DNA of 63,534 nt, the filler included, from Octopus bimaculoides (lineage: Eukaryota), in the NCBI RefSeq assembly GCF_001194135.2. It is 9 parts of 8 records of this genome, joined end to end, with 100 filler letters (N's around TTAATTAATTAA, not from the genome) between each part and the next. Parts side by side here need not be neighbours in the genome. Positions count along the whole stretch, not along the records: positions 26,148 to 42,321 come from NC_069004.1; positions 42,422 to 46,611 come from NC_068986.1; positions 46,712 to 50,153 come from NC_068994.1; 6 more parts are not named here. One strand, 5' to 3'. The notes beneath the pieces were generated by a model. It ran no database searches and was not told where the DNA came from. It saw nothing but the letters and a program-made list of their open reading frames with translations. Within the stretch, counting starts at the first letter, position 1; the number at the start of each line of letters is the position of its first letter. A program made the position numbers and the translations under genes. Below are positions 36,455 through 48,913 of the stretch, piece by piece.

Positions 36455-37065
36455 CATATATATCATCGGCGTTCAAAAGAGTAGAGACGAAGAGCTTTCA
36501 AGGTTTCCGAAGATATTTTACTAGTGAACGTTCTTCGTAACACTTCTGTTTCTTCTATAAGAAGAGATGAGTTAGGAGATCAAAGCTGTGAGCAGTAATC
36601 TAATCCGTTCAGAACTAGGATTTTCCATAAAGTTAACATAACTACCGGTTCACTTGTCACGAGGGTTCGTAGGATCCATCCTATGAGATGTCTTTAGTGG
36701 TCAGTTTGATGTGGCAGGTGAAAGATGCATCATTTAACATGATTACTCCTAAGACCCGTATGTCATTAGCGTTTTGAATCCTTGTGTTATTTGGTGTCAA
36801 ATATTGTGATTTGTGTGTATTCTCTCCGTAATGAAGAACCTGAAATTTTGATGTGCTAAATTTCATATTGCTTACATCTGTCCATTGATAAATGAGGTTT
36901 AAGCTCATTTTGGAGTGTGTCTGTATCTTCTGAAGATTGGATAGCCATCAGTATTTTTGTGTCATCGGCGTAACTCGTTAGGCTGGCTGTATGCACTTGT
37001 GATCCCGTACCTGATAGGGTGATGAAAATAAAAATGGTCCTAGAACCGTTTCCTGGGGTATACCA
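36455..37065 (-). pseudogene. CR1-group LINE reverse transcriptase relic
   Basis: ISGIPQETVLGP...SYADDTKI...LNLIYQWTDVSNMKFSTSKFQVLHYG...RVLGVIM...WILRTL...LWKILVLNGLDYCSQL*SP...RLYSFERR. Confidence 0.85.
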
Positions 37066-37835
37066 CTTATTATAGGTGACTTAGTAGAGAAAAAACCATT
37101 TTCAACAACAGATCGACTTCTACAACGCAGGAAGTCAAAGGGTCATTCTCTGAGTTTTCCTGTGATACAAAGAGCTTTAACTTATGACAGATGACTCCAT
37201 ACGTGTGCGTGCTTACGTGTGTATGTATGTATGTATGTATGTATGTATGTATGTATGTATGTATGTATGTATGTATGTATGTGTGATAAGACAGTGAATG
37301 AAGACTGAGCGAAGGAATGAAAGAGAGAAAGAAATTTGAATTCATTAAAATTTAATTGTAAGAATTTAGAAATTACGATTTACAATTCTTTGACCTTTCA
37401 AAGTAATATAGGGGAAATTGTATTTTTGAGAAATATCATCAACATCATTATCATCATCATCATCATCAGTAGTAGTAGTAGTAGTAGTAGTTTTTGCTAT
37501 TTGGGTTACTTTCGATTTTTTTTTGTTTTTTTGTTTTGCTGTTATTACTTTTGTTCCTCTTGTAACTGCGACTGTTCTCACTATTTCGCAACCTTTTTTT
37601 TGTACATTGTTATTGTTGTTGCTGTTGTTGTTGTTTTCATTTCGGTGTTGTTATTGTTGTACAATAAAAATCAGATTATCAAGGAATTTGTTATCTTCTT
37701 TTTCTCTTTTTTTTATTATTAATATTTTCCTGCCATGAAAATTTCTCCGCCACAAATCAACAACCGTTGCGATCAATAAAGTTCGAGGTTAAATCAAAAC
37801 TAAGTCTCTGTATTAGTAACAACAACAACAACAAC

Positions 37836-37879
<44 letters not shown>

Positions 37880-37899
37880 TGATGATGATGATGATGATG

Positions 37900-38755
37900 A
37901 TGACGCTTAGGATGATGGCATAGTGAAGGAGATGAAGCTGGACGAATAACAATATATGTTGAACAAGACTTGAACGCTGAAGAAAAGAAGAGTCTATGAA
38001 TGCTGCGAAGTGAAATGTTTGGTGTAAACAATGAAATGCCACCAAATGTAAGGTATATGAACAGACAAAAACGCAAGGAGAGCCACGGGCAAAGTAAACG
38101 GCCTTTTGAGTTTGGTTAAAACAGAGAATATCAGTGAAACAAACCAACTAATCATAACCGCTGCAAATGCTGGAGCTGACATAACACGAAACACGAAGAG
38201 GACAGTTGAAGAAAAGAAGCAGAAGGCAAAGAAAGAACTGAACTGAAGGGAAAGAATACGAACGAAATTGGAAAAAGACATGCAAAGAACTTGGGAATTA
38301 AATAGGATAATGAGAGAAGAACACAAGAATGAGGTAGTAATAAGAAAATTGAATGGATAGTACAAGTCAGAAGAAAAAGGAAAGCAGTTGTACATGAAGA
38401 ATTGTTACAAAGGGTGGTGGTATTAAAGGCGAAATTGCAAAAATATGATGCTAGATGCAAAGGTTTTCAGCAGAATGAATTTTCAGTCGAATAGAAGGCT
38501 TTTTGGGGGGAAATAAAGTGGAAAGAACATGAAGAAGTGATTGCTGATGCAGAAGAAAGTAAAGCGTTTTGGCGAGAACTTTGGAACAGACCATTGAGAC
38601 AACGATTGTGCAGAATGGTTAATACTCAACTGTTGTTCTAAGGTCATCCAGTTTTCTGAGCTTTGACAAAGCTGGAATTCTTCGGCTTTTGAGGTGTTTC
38701 GATCGCAATTTGCTCTTGTCTCACGCCCTCTTCTTCTTTGTTGACCTCATCAATA
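37900..38755 (+). mobile_element. R4/Dong-type LINE pre-RT region, with its last ~115 bp inverted
   Basis: The plus strand gives VHEELLQRVVVLKAKLQKYDARCKGFQQN..QSNRRLFWGEIK...DAEESKAFWRELWN...CAEWL. The minus strand of 38640-38755 continues DEVNKEEEGVRQEQIAIET...ENW. Confidence 0.7.
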
Positions 38756-39652
38756 ATCATAAAAATTCTTTCTAGTTTTGGCGTTGGAGAGGGCAAATCG
38801 ATTACATCGACCTAAGTATATGACTGTTGCTTTATTTTTTTTTATCAACCCCACAGGAGTGTAAGGCAAAATTCAAAGTTCACCTCGGTGGGTCAGCCAG
38901 TTCGCCAATAATTCGGTCCTGACCAATAAAAACGGTTCAACAAACAGCCGTTACTGGAACTTGACCCATTACTGCTACTGTTACTGCTACTGTTACTGCT
39001 GCGATTCCTCCCTCCTCCTCCTCCTCCTCCTCCTTCTTCTTCTTCTTCTTCTTCTTCTTCTTCTTCTTCTTCTTCTTCTTCTTCTTCTTCTTCTTCTTCT
39101 TCTTCTTCTTCTTCTTCTTCTTNNNNNNNNNNNNNNNNNNNNNNNNNNNNNNNNNNNNNNNNNNNNNNNNNNNNNNNNNNNNNNNNNNNNNNNNNNNNNN
39201 NNNNNNNNNNNNNNNNNNNNNNNNNNNNNNNNNNNNNNNNNNNNNNNNNNNNNNNNNNNNNNNNNNNNNNNNNNNNNNNNNNNNNNNNNNNNNNNNNNNN
39301 NNNNNNNNNNNNNNNNNNNNNNNNNNNNNNNNNNNNNNNNNNNNNNNNNNNNNNNNNNNNNNNNNNNNNNNNNNNNNNNNNNNNNNNNNNNNNNNNNNNN
39401 NNNNNNNNNNNNNNNNNNNNNNNNNNNNNNNNNNNNNNNNNNNNNNNNNNNNNNNNNNNNNNNNNNNNNNNNNNNNNNNNNNNNNNNNNNNNNNNNNNNN
39501 NNNNNNNNNNNNNNNNNNNNNNNNNNNNNNNNNNNNNNNNNNNNNNNNNNNNNNNNNNNNNNNNNNNNNNNNNNNNNNNNNNNNNNNNNNNNNNNNNNNN
39601 NNNNNNNNNNNNNNNNNNNNNNNNNNNNNNNNNNNNNNNNNNNNNNNNNNNN

Positions 39653-39699
<47 letters not shown>

Positions 39700-40247
39700 G
39701 AGAATTTAAGAAAAAAACAACAGACGAAGACAGGTGGTTTAAACAACAAATGGATAAACCATAAAGTTTTAGCATACAATAAATTATTTTACATGTCATC
39801 ACTAATATTCATGCTATGCATTGTACAATAGAATTGTACATTTTCAAATAAAAGAAGATGAAAAAAAATAAGGCTTGTTCATCAGATCAAGAGAACATCA
39901 CAGTTATCATAATGCTCTAACTTTTATTATCAACTTATACACTGAAATTGTTATTACATAATGAAGGTTGCGAAACGGCTGTAATCATAAAGATAGCAAG
40001 TGGTCAAATAAATATATTCCCCTCTCGTACCTCCAGATTTTTCATGGTTTATATACTCCTCATGAAATAATTTCATCGATTGGATCTCCGGAATTTCATC
40101 TGCGTAGAACTCTTCATTGTACTCCTCCATATTGGATTACTACGTAGTACGGAAGCTGAGTTCATTAGAGGAGCTTTCTATGACAGCCCCAAGATTCTAT
40201 GAATCCATGCATTTCACTACACACACACACCTAAATATGTCTGTATG

Positions 40248-41091
40248 CGAGATGCGTTCAAAAAGTTTCCGACTTAATTGTTTCCCGCTAAAACTCATGA
40301 CGCGTGGACAAAATCCTTCGGATGGGTGATGACGCAGCCCTTCCTGTACGTCGGTAGGCCGCGTCAGTTCCCGGCTGTTATGTCAAGTGTACAGGCATGT
40401 AGTACGCGCTGGTCGGATTTTCGTTTTCATTGAATGCATCGAGCAGAGATATTGCATCAAGTTTTGCTAAAAGCATGGAGATACCATCCAGGTGATTCAA
40501 CAAGCCATGACCAAAACCAAATCAATGAGTGGTAAAGCCGCTTCAAACGTGACCGCATCTCAGTGGAAACTGAGGCATGTTCATGGAGGCCATCCACAAG
40601 TCGAAAAGAGGAGTCGATTGAGAAGGGTCGGTAAATAGTTATGCAAGACCGTCGTGAAACAATCCAGGAAATGGGAATAAACACAAGATCAGTGCATTCC
40701 ATTTTAACAGAGGAATTGCGCATGCGGTGAGTGTCGGCAAAATTCGTCACCAAGGTGCTGGTGAAGCAACAGGAACAACTCCGCATAGATATTTCTCAGT
40801 CTGCAAATCAGAACTCAGACTTCATAAAGGCCATCACCACTGGTGATGAGACATCGGTTTATGGTTCCTGCTCGATGAGTTCGATCATCTTGCGTGAAAA
40901 CCCAAATCCGACGAGTGCACGCTATACGCCTGTACTTTAGCCGTGACAGCCGGGAACTGACGCAGCCTACCGGCGAGAAAGTTTTCTCGCAAGCAGAAGG
41001 GTGGCGACACCTCACTCCCAAAGAATTTTGCTCATGCGGCGATAGATTTGGCTGGAAAAATTGAAGTTGAATATCTTTTGAACGCATCTCG
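40248..41091 (+). mobile_element. Internally deleted mariner-like element with long imperfect inverted ends
   Basis: TIR cgagatgcgttcaaaa at 40248 with its reverse complement ending at 41091, followed by TA. Transposase relic: EQRYCIKFC...RHSILTEELRMR*VSAKFVTKVL...FIKAITTGDETSVYG. Confidence 0.85.
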
Positions 41092-41319
41092 TATCTATCT
41101 ATCTATCTATCTATCTAACTACATATAATATATATATGAAATACACATTAAGTACAGGACGTCACCAACGAGTGAAAAATACGTAAACGCACGAGAGATA
41201 AATGTAGGACAAAATACAAAAAAAAAAGAAAACTCGCTCGTCAGTTGTCGGCTGTTTTTGCTACTCCCTTTTTTTATAATCGAACGCCACGCAGCTTTGT
41301 CCAGAATAAGTTCTTACAT

Positions 41320-41352
<33 letters not shown>

Positions 41353-42421
41353 NNNNNNNNNNNNNNNNNNNNNNNNNNNNNNNNNNNNNNNNNNNNNNNN
41401 NNNNNNNNNNNNNNNNNNNNNNNNNNNNNNNNNNNNNNNNNNNNNNNNNNNNNNNNNNNNNNNNNNNNNNNNNNNNNNNNNNNNNNNNNNNNNNNNNNNN
41501 NNNNNNNNNNNNNNNNNNNNNNNNNNNNNNNNNNNNNNNNNNNNNNNNNNNNNNNNNNNNNNNNNNNNNNNNNNNNNNNNNNNNNNNNNNNNNNNNNNNN
41601 NNNNNNNNNNNNNNNNNNNNNNNNNNATATATAAAGAATACATGGGAAAGAGAGGAGACATACATGCACACAAAGGCATACATACACACACACACACGCA
41701 CACAAACACACACACAAACACACATTCACACACACATGTATGCAGAAAAGAAAGTAGAAAAAGGTAAGAAAACTACAAATCTTCCCATCTTCCCTAGAAT
41801 TTAATAAGTGAGTATATTATTGATATACCCCTCCGGTTTATTTACACACACACGCACACACACACACACACACATGCACACACATGCACACATACACATA
41901 TACGCACATATGCATCTATACACACACACACATACAAACGCACGCTCATTCAAGCACTCACAAATAAATAACTACATCGCAGACCTTTAAGGACTATTAA
42001 ACTACGCGTGTAATGAAAGTGTTGTTGCTGTTGGTGGTGGTGGTGGTGGTAGTGGTGGTTGTAGTAGTCTTGGTAGTAGTAGTAGTAGTAGAGTTGGTAG
42101 TAGCTGTGATAGTAGTGGTGGTGGTGGTGGTAGTAGTGGTAGTAGTGGTGGTGGTGGTAGTGGTGGTAATAGTGGTGGTAGTAATGGTGGTGGTAGTAGT
42201 CTTGATAGTAGTAGTAGTAGTAGTAGTAGTGTTGGTAGTAGTTGTGGTAGTAGTGGTGGTAGTAGTTGTAGTAGTAGTATTTGTGGTGGTGGTAGTAGTT
42301 GTGGTAGTAGTGGTGGTGGTGNNNNNNNNNNNNNNNNNNNNNNNNNNNNNNNNNNNNNNNNNNNNTTAATTAATTAANNNNNNNNNNNNNNNNNNNNNNN
42401 NNNNNNNNNNNNNNNNNNNNN

Positions 42422-42736
42422 TATCGAAACGTGATTGTTTCAGTTAGTGGAATAGTTTCATTTTTAAAGTGAAAGTATTTGACATGAGTGTTTTTGTTTT
42501 CACTTTTGACACGTAATACTTAAATAGTGGAGGAGATATTATGTTGCCGTGGGATCGAACTCTGCAAGAAGTTAAAAATTGTTTTGACTAAAACACAACT
42601 GGAACCCTAAGTAAGGCATCTGTAAAATTTGAATGAAATTGGTTGCGTAGTTCTCGAGTTTTAGGGATTCACACACACACACACACACAGACAGACAAAC
42701 AGACAGACACACATTCTCATTTTTATATATATAGAT
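42422..42736 (+). mobile_element. Helitron/HINE-like non-autonomous element 3' part
   Basis: aaatttgaatgaaattggttgcgtagttctcgagttttag...(CA)n(GACA)n..cattctcattttatatatatagat, the usual microsatellite-plus-terminus layout of these elements. Confidence 0.5.
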
Positions 42737-43426
42737 GTACACGTTGATCAGCAGGGTCGATGTAACAGACTTAGCCTCTTTCTCAAAACTGCTGACCTCG
42801 TGACTAAATTTGGAAACCCATGCATGTTTTCGCTATTTATGAATAATTGTTTTGCATATTCTTTTACTTTTATAGAAAGAGACGCTGGCCGTAATAAACC
42901 CGAAATCGAATTCCAAACCAAAACTAAAAGCAGTTTGCAATAAACTGATGAAGGAGATAATGTGCATATCAGAATAAGATTTAATAATTCTCTCGTATAA
43001 TCCTCACTGAAACACGTGTAAGAAATAAGGTAATAAAATAAAATCAGAGCCAAATTTGCGGACCCTTTTTGTCTTGTTTTTTTTCTACGTATATACTATG
43101 ATCCTTGCGATTGTTACAAACCATAAGAAGGGAAGTTTGACTAAAAGATAACATTTCCTTTTCGTTTCACCAGCCATTCATCCAACACCTCTCGTTATTC
43201 TGCATGATTGCCATAACAGCATTCCCTGCCACTCACCTCCAGAAAGAACAGGACCCAACCACTCTCGAAACCTCTATTGCTTTTGGTCTCAAGCTCCTTT
43301 CCCAATATTTCTGACCCCACTTTTCTCCTGAACTTCCCCTCTTTTTACCCACTTCTTCCCACGTACTCCACTCACACCAACACCCTGCTGACCACTTCCA
43401 TCTCATCACCACACTACCATTTATAG

Positions 43427-43835
43427 GTGAGCTGGCAGAAACGTTAGCACGCCGGGCGAAATGCTTAGCGGTATTTCGTCTGCCGTTACGTTCTGAGTTC
43501 AAATTCCGCCGAGGTCGACTTTGCCTTTCATCCTTTCGGGGTCGATAAATTAAGTACCAGTTACGCACTGGGGTCGATGTAGTCGACTTAATCCGTTCGT
43601 CTGTTCTTGTTTGTTCCCTCTATGTTTAGCCACTTGTGGGCAATAACGAAATAGGTATTTCGTCTACCGCTACGTTCTGAATTCAAATTCTGCAAAGGTC
43701 GACTTTGTATTTCATCCTTTCGGGGTCGATTTATTAAGTACCAGTTACGCACTGGAGTCGATATAATCGACTTAATCCGTTTGTCTGCCCTTGTTTGTCC
43801 CCTCTGTGTGTAACCCCTTGTGGATAGTAAAGAAA
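43427..43835 (+). mobile_element. Tandem or dimeric SINE family B
   Basis: A full head and body is followed by a second, headless body starting ggtatttcgtct.ccgctacgttctga. Both end taatccgtt.gtctg..cttgtttgt.ccctct. Confidence 0.85.
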
Positions 43836-46454
43836 TAACACTACCATTTATATTCAGTAACAAAACACTAAAACCCCAATGCCAAAAACATCTCCACTAC
43901 TATCACTTACATACAAGTATACGCATAAGCCCCTCCTCCACTTTATTACAGCTTAATATCTTTACATACACAAACACGTCCACACGCACATAATGCTTTA
44001 CACTCCCACGCTAAGACGTATATACCCCAACATACCTGCTCTCTCTGTATGTACACCAATCCGGACAAATACACACAGAAAAAATTGCATTTATTGTCTA
44101 TTTTAAATGCACATATAAACACATACCTGTACTAGAATTCATACCTCACTCACATACCCGCCATTTCCAGTCGGCTTCGGAGCTGTCCTTAAAACCTTGA
44201 TTGTTGTTGTTGGCACTCCGTCGCTTACGACGTCGGGGGTTCCAGTTGATCCGATCAACGGAACAGCCTGCTCGTGAAATTAACGTGCAAGTGGTTGAGC
44301 ACTCCACAGACACGTGTACCCTTAACATAGTTCTCGGGGATATTCAGCGTGACACAGAGTGTGACAAGGCTGGCCCTTTGAAATACAGGCACANNNNNNN
44401 NNNNNNNNNNNNNNNNNNNNNNNNNNNNNNNNNNNNNNNNNNNNNNNNNNNNNNNNNNNNNNNNNNNNNNNNNNNNNNNNNNNNNNNNNNNNNNNNNNNN
44501 NNNNNNNNNNNNNNNNNNNNNNNNNNNNNNNNNNNNNNNNNNNNNNNNNNNNNNNNNNNNNNNNNNNNNNNNNNNNNNNNNNNNNNNNNNNNNNNNNNNN
44601 NNNNNNNNNNNNNNNNNNNNNNNNNNNNNNNNNNNNNNNNNNNNNNNNNNNNNNNNNNNNNNNNNNNNNNNNNNNNNNNNNNNNNNNNNNNNNNNNNNNN
44701 NNNNNNNNNNNNNNNNNNNNNNNNNNNNNNNNNNNNNNNNNNNNNNNNNNNNNNNNNNNNNNNNNNNNNNNNNNNNNNNNNNNNNNNNNNNNNNNNNNNN
44801 NNNNNNNNNNNNNNNNNNNNNNNNNNNNNNNNNNNNNNNNNNNNNNNNNNNNNNNNNNNNNNNNNNNNNNNNNNNNNNNNNNNNNNNNNNNNNNNNNNNN
44901 NNNNNNNNNNNNNNNNNNNNNNNNNNNNNNNNNNNNNNNNNNNNNNNNNNNNNNNNNNNNNNNNNNNNNNNNNNNNNNNNNNNNNNNNNNNNNNNNNNNN
45001 NNNNNNNNNNNNNNNNNNNNNNNNNNNNNNNNNNNNNNNNNNNNNNNNNNNNNNNNNNNNNNNNNNNNNNNNNNNNNNNNNNNNNNNNNNNNNNNNNNNN
45101 NNNNNNNNNNNNNNNNNNNNNNNNNNNNNNNNNNNNNNNNNNNNNNNNNNNNNNNNNNNNNNNNNNNNNNNNNNNNNNNNNNNNNNNNNNNNNNNNNNNN
45201 NNNNNNNNNNNNNNNNNNNNNNNNNNNNNNNNNNNNNNNNNNNNNNNNNNNNNNNNNNNNNNNNNNNNNNNNNNNNNNNNNNNNNNNNNNNNNNNNNNNN
45301 NNNNNNNNNNNNNNNNNNNNNNNNNNNNNNNNNNNNNNNNNNNNNNNNNNNNNNNNNNNNNNNTGTGTGTGTGTGTGTATTTGCGTGCTTCTATAAGTGT
45401 ACATTCTCCAACGTACGCGAAGTGAAAACTGAAGCAACGTGTAAAAGTGTACCAAGAGTATAAGGGAGGTAACTCCGAAGGATTTATATGAACGTTAACA
45501 CGAATGTTTTGTGTGTTGAACTGGCGTAGATATATATATATATATATATATACTCTCTTTACTCTTTTACTTGTTTCAGTCAATTGACTGCGGCCATGCT
45601 GGAGCACCGCCTTTAGTCGAGCAACGTAATTTTACAAGGGAGAGTACTCATGGTATAAGAATCCACAGTTATTGCCGATATCCATAGTCAGTCGGCTCTT
45701 ATTTTCATTAAGATTGTTAGGTTTAACAGCGGAGATAATACAAACGCATGCACACCAACACACAGACACACACACACACAGGTACACACACACACGTACA
45801 CACACTCATGCTCACACACATTTAATGGTTGTCCCAAAAGTGATGCACAAACAAGCATAACCTTTTATTAACTGACATAGGCCGTTGAAGTTGCATATGT
45901 TGGTAGTTTAACTCTTCCACTATGCCAAACACTCGTCGTCTTCTCCTTCATTGCAAACAAAATAATTTCTTTATCCATATCTGTGGTATACACAACCGCT
46001 TTAGGTAAAAGTTTTTCAATGAACGTTATGAATGCAATTTTTCTATAAATTTGTGAATAAATTCAGTTCCTTAAATCACCTTCTCCCGTGTTAATCTCAT
46101 TAAATCTCTTATCGTTTATCTTTTACTTTTGTCTGTCATCGGAGAAGTACTTATTTTCACGGTCTCGTTGTTGAACCGCTGAATGTACGGGACTTAAACA
46201 AAACAAAACCGGTTGTCAAGCGGTGGTTCTTAAGCAAGCACAACCACAACTGAGCGAGCGCGAGAGCGCGTGCACACAAACACACACACACACACACACA
46301 TGAACACATACGCAGACAATCACACACATTGATGTACGACGGATTTCCACCGATTTTCCTTCTACCAAATCCATTACAAAACCTTCGGTCTGAGTGAGAC
46401 TGGATCCGACACTACTTAGTTACAAAGGGAGCTTCTGAACTCCACAGCCATTCC

Positions 46455-46523
<69 letters not shown>

Positions 46524-46524
46524 G

Positions 46525-46570
<46 letters not shown>

Positions 46571-46727
46571 TGATGATAATAATAATAATAATAATAATGA
46601 TAATAATAATANNNNNNNNNNNNNNNNNNNNNNNNNNNNNNNNNNNNNNNNNNNNTTAATTAATTAANNNNNNNNNNNNNNNNNNNNNNNNNNNNNNNNN
46701 NNNNNNNNNNNCGACACAAAATATATA

Positions 46728-47642
46728 TGTTATAATACTATAACATAAAAGAACTAGGAAATGCCAGTAAGGTAAAGATAGAAGATGACTCAACCGATAA
46801 AGATGTATAACAGTAAGGTTTATTAGAGCATTAAACTGTATGTCTGTGTTTGAGTGTGAATGTGACATAATAAAACACAATATAATACAGGCCGTCATGT
46901 AAACAAAGAGTGTGTATACAAATATATGTATGTGAATGCAAAAGATTTCAGAGGATAGAAAAGAGTCTGTAATAAGGATGTTAAAAGTAAGTCCAGACAC
47001 CAGGATGTGAAATACCAGTTCTCAGTTAAAGTACACAGTAGTTGAAAGTCTGTACATAAGAGGTTTAAGCGTTGAGGCAGAGCTAAGTCACTTGTCGTGC
47101 AGTTGAGGCTTCTATGCCGGGCCGGGCTACTTAATACAGATGGTCTTTCGCAGGGGTCAAATTCTGGCTGTTATTTCGTGGTGAACAATTCACACAAACA
47201 GGGTTGAGAAGTGCTGCGGTTGCTTGTGTACGTGGAGAAGTCATGTTGACGTTGGCGACGTTGGGGACGAAGGTTGTAGTAAACAGTTGAACGATGTTGT
47301 TGATGTCGTCGCTGGAAACTGGCTGGTTGGTGTTACGTGTGTGGTCAACGACCAGATCTTAGAAGACCTGAAGCCGCGACAAAGTGGCGCGGGTTAAAGC
47401 AGGCTATTTATAGGTACAGATAGGCTCCAGAAAGCATCAGAAAAACACTCTCTCACGTGACCTTATTAAATGGCCACGATTGGACGGTTTGCACCCTGGC
47501 GCGAAAGGACTAGAGACAATTGCCGCGCAAATAAGAGTCAGTCAGGTGATGGACAACAGCCGGGTCCAAGGCGGGAAAGAGATGTTACCTGCTACGTTCG
47601 CATTTGTAAATAAATAACCGTGAGAGAGGTGGTTTCACTACA
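46728..47642 (-). mobile_element. Probable solo LTR (~915 bp) inserted in a TA run
   Basis: TGT...ACA termini with TATA on both flanks. On the minus strand, TATAAATA (47405-47412) precedes AATAAA (46819-46824) in the U3-R-U5 order. Confidence 0.7.
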
Positions 47643-48564
47643 TATATATATAATCTACTATAATAATGCTCTTGTGTTTTTCTTTTCTCCGTCACAACAT
47701 ATGAATGAGAAGGGAAGAGGTGATAGATGAATAAGGAAGGGGTGATGGCAAACTTGGTAGTGGGATGATGGAAATTCTACGGTGAAAAAAAATCAAACTG
47801 CATTTCAACTCTGTGTGAATTTATGTGTGTATGTGTGTGCATGTACAAGGGAAATATGTGTACGCTTGTATGTGTGAACCAACATTCTTTCAGTATAAAT
47901 ACATATCTTAATTTAACAGTTTATACATGTCCTTTATTTATATTAAGAAATTTTTACTCTGTGTTCTTTCAGTGACTACACATAAACTAACCAGCGTTCT
48001 TCCAGTAATTAACGATAATCAATATCACATCTCAAAATGCAACCACTAGATAACATTGACAAGTGTATTAATTTGAATTATCATCCATATTCTATCTGCT
48101 GTTACAAATAATTATTACAATCACACGCATCTACACAAACATATATACAAACTCATTAGAGAAAATAATTATTGCCTGAGTGTATTAAGAATTTAAAACG
48201 ACTCAGTTGAAAAGTATATTATTTATTTATACTGAATAGGGAGTTTTTACATCAACTATATGTCACGGACTGCTTTTTGTGGCTTTAAGTCGTATGAGTT
48301 TAGGTTGGTTTCAGTAATGGAGAGCGCAATTGAAAGGAAACGTCGCTTCGAAAAAGCTGGTATTTACTTGCCAGCTCTCGTATTTAGTCACGGCCAGCTT
48401 TATGTGGTACAAGAAGGAAGGAAAACTTTAAAATTCTTTTGAAGGAAACAAACAGTCAAGGAATGTTAGTTTCGGATAGATTATTAAACTAGGAACATGT
48501 TTTTGTACCTTATTTTTATATAAAATACAATTAGCCGTCATTTTTAACGGCACGGGGTCAGCTA

Positions 48565-48860
48565 GTATTTTATAAGCTTAAAACTTATAAGCAATCACTG
48601 TGTATTGACTAAAGAAAATAATCTAATATTGGGGCATATAAGCCATCGACAGAAAAAAAAGTGGGTTTTCCGTACGCAGAGAACTCGAACCTACAGCTGT
48701 GTGTTTTTGCGACCAGCGTGCTACCACTTATACCAACGTACCCACCGTCAACTGTGTTACGTTAAGAACTATAATTCCATAGTGTTACTTTTTAAACAAG
48801 CTATCATGTGCGTTTTCTGCGATGTGTTTGAAAAGCGGTGCCGAATTTTAGAATTCTGTA

Positions 48861-48913
<53 letters not shown>

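Noticed and set aside
37994-38460. Hydrophobic minus-strand ORFs (133 aa and 102 aa)
   Set aside because: They are the antisense shadow of the A-rich plus-strand R4/Dong coding relic.
38640-38772. Apparent phase-compatible minus-strand exon (ERIFMIIDEVNKEEEG...KTG*) for the 40031-40130 candidate
   Set aside because: The acceptor lies in a SINE tail and has no pyrimidine tract, and the peptide fits an inverted R4/Dong segment better.
43233-43420. Minus-strand GAG|gtgagt donor with an upstream open frame
   Set aside because: No acceptor or recognisable protein was found, and the ORF starts inside a SINE. It is probably a decayed repeat.
44201-45607. ORFs of 200-450 aa that span N gaps (also 5840-6728 and 62354-63248)
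   Set aside because: Their length comes from untranslatable N runs, and the real flanks are SINE or microsatellite sequence.
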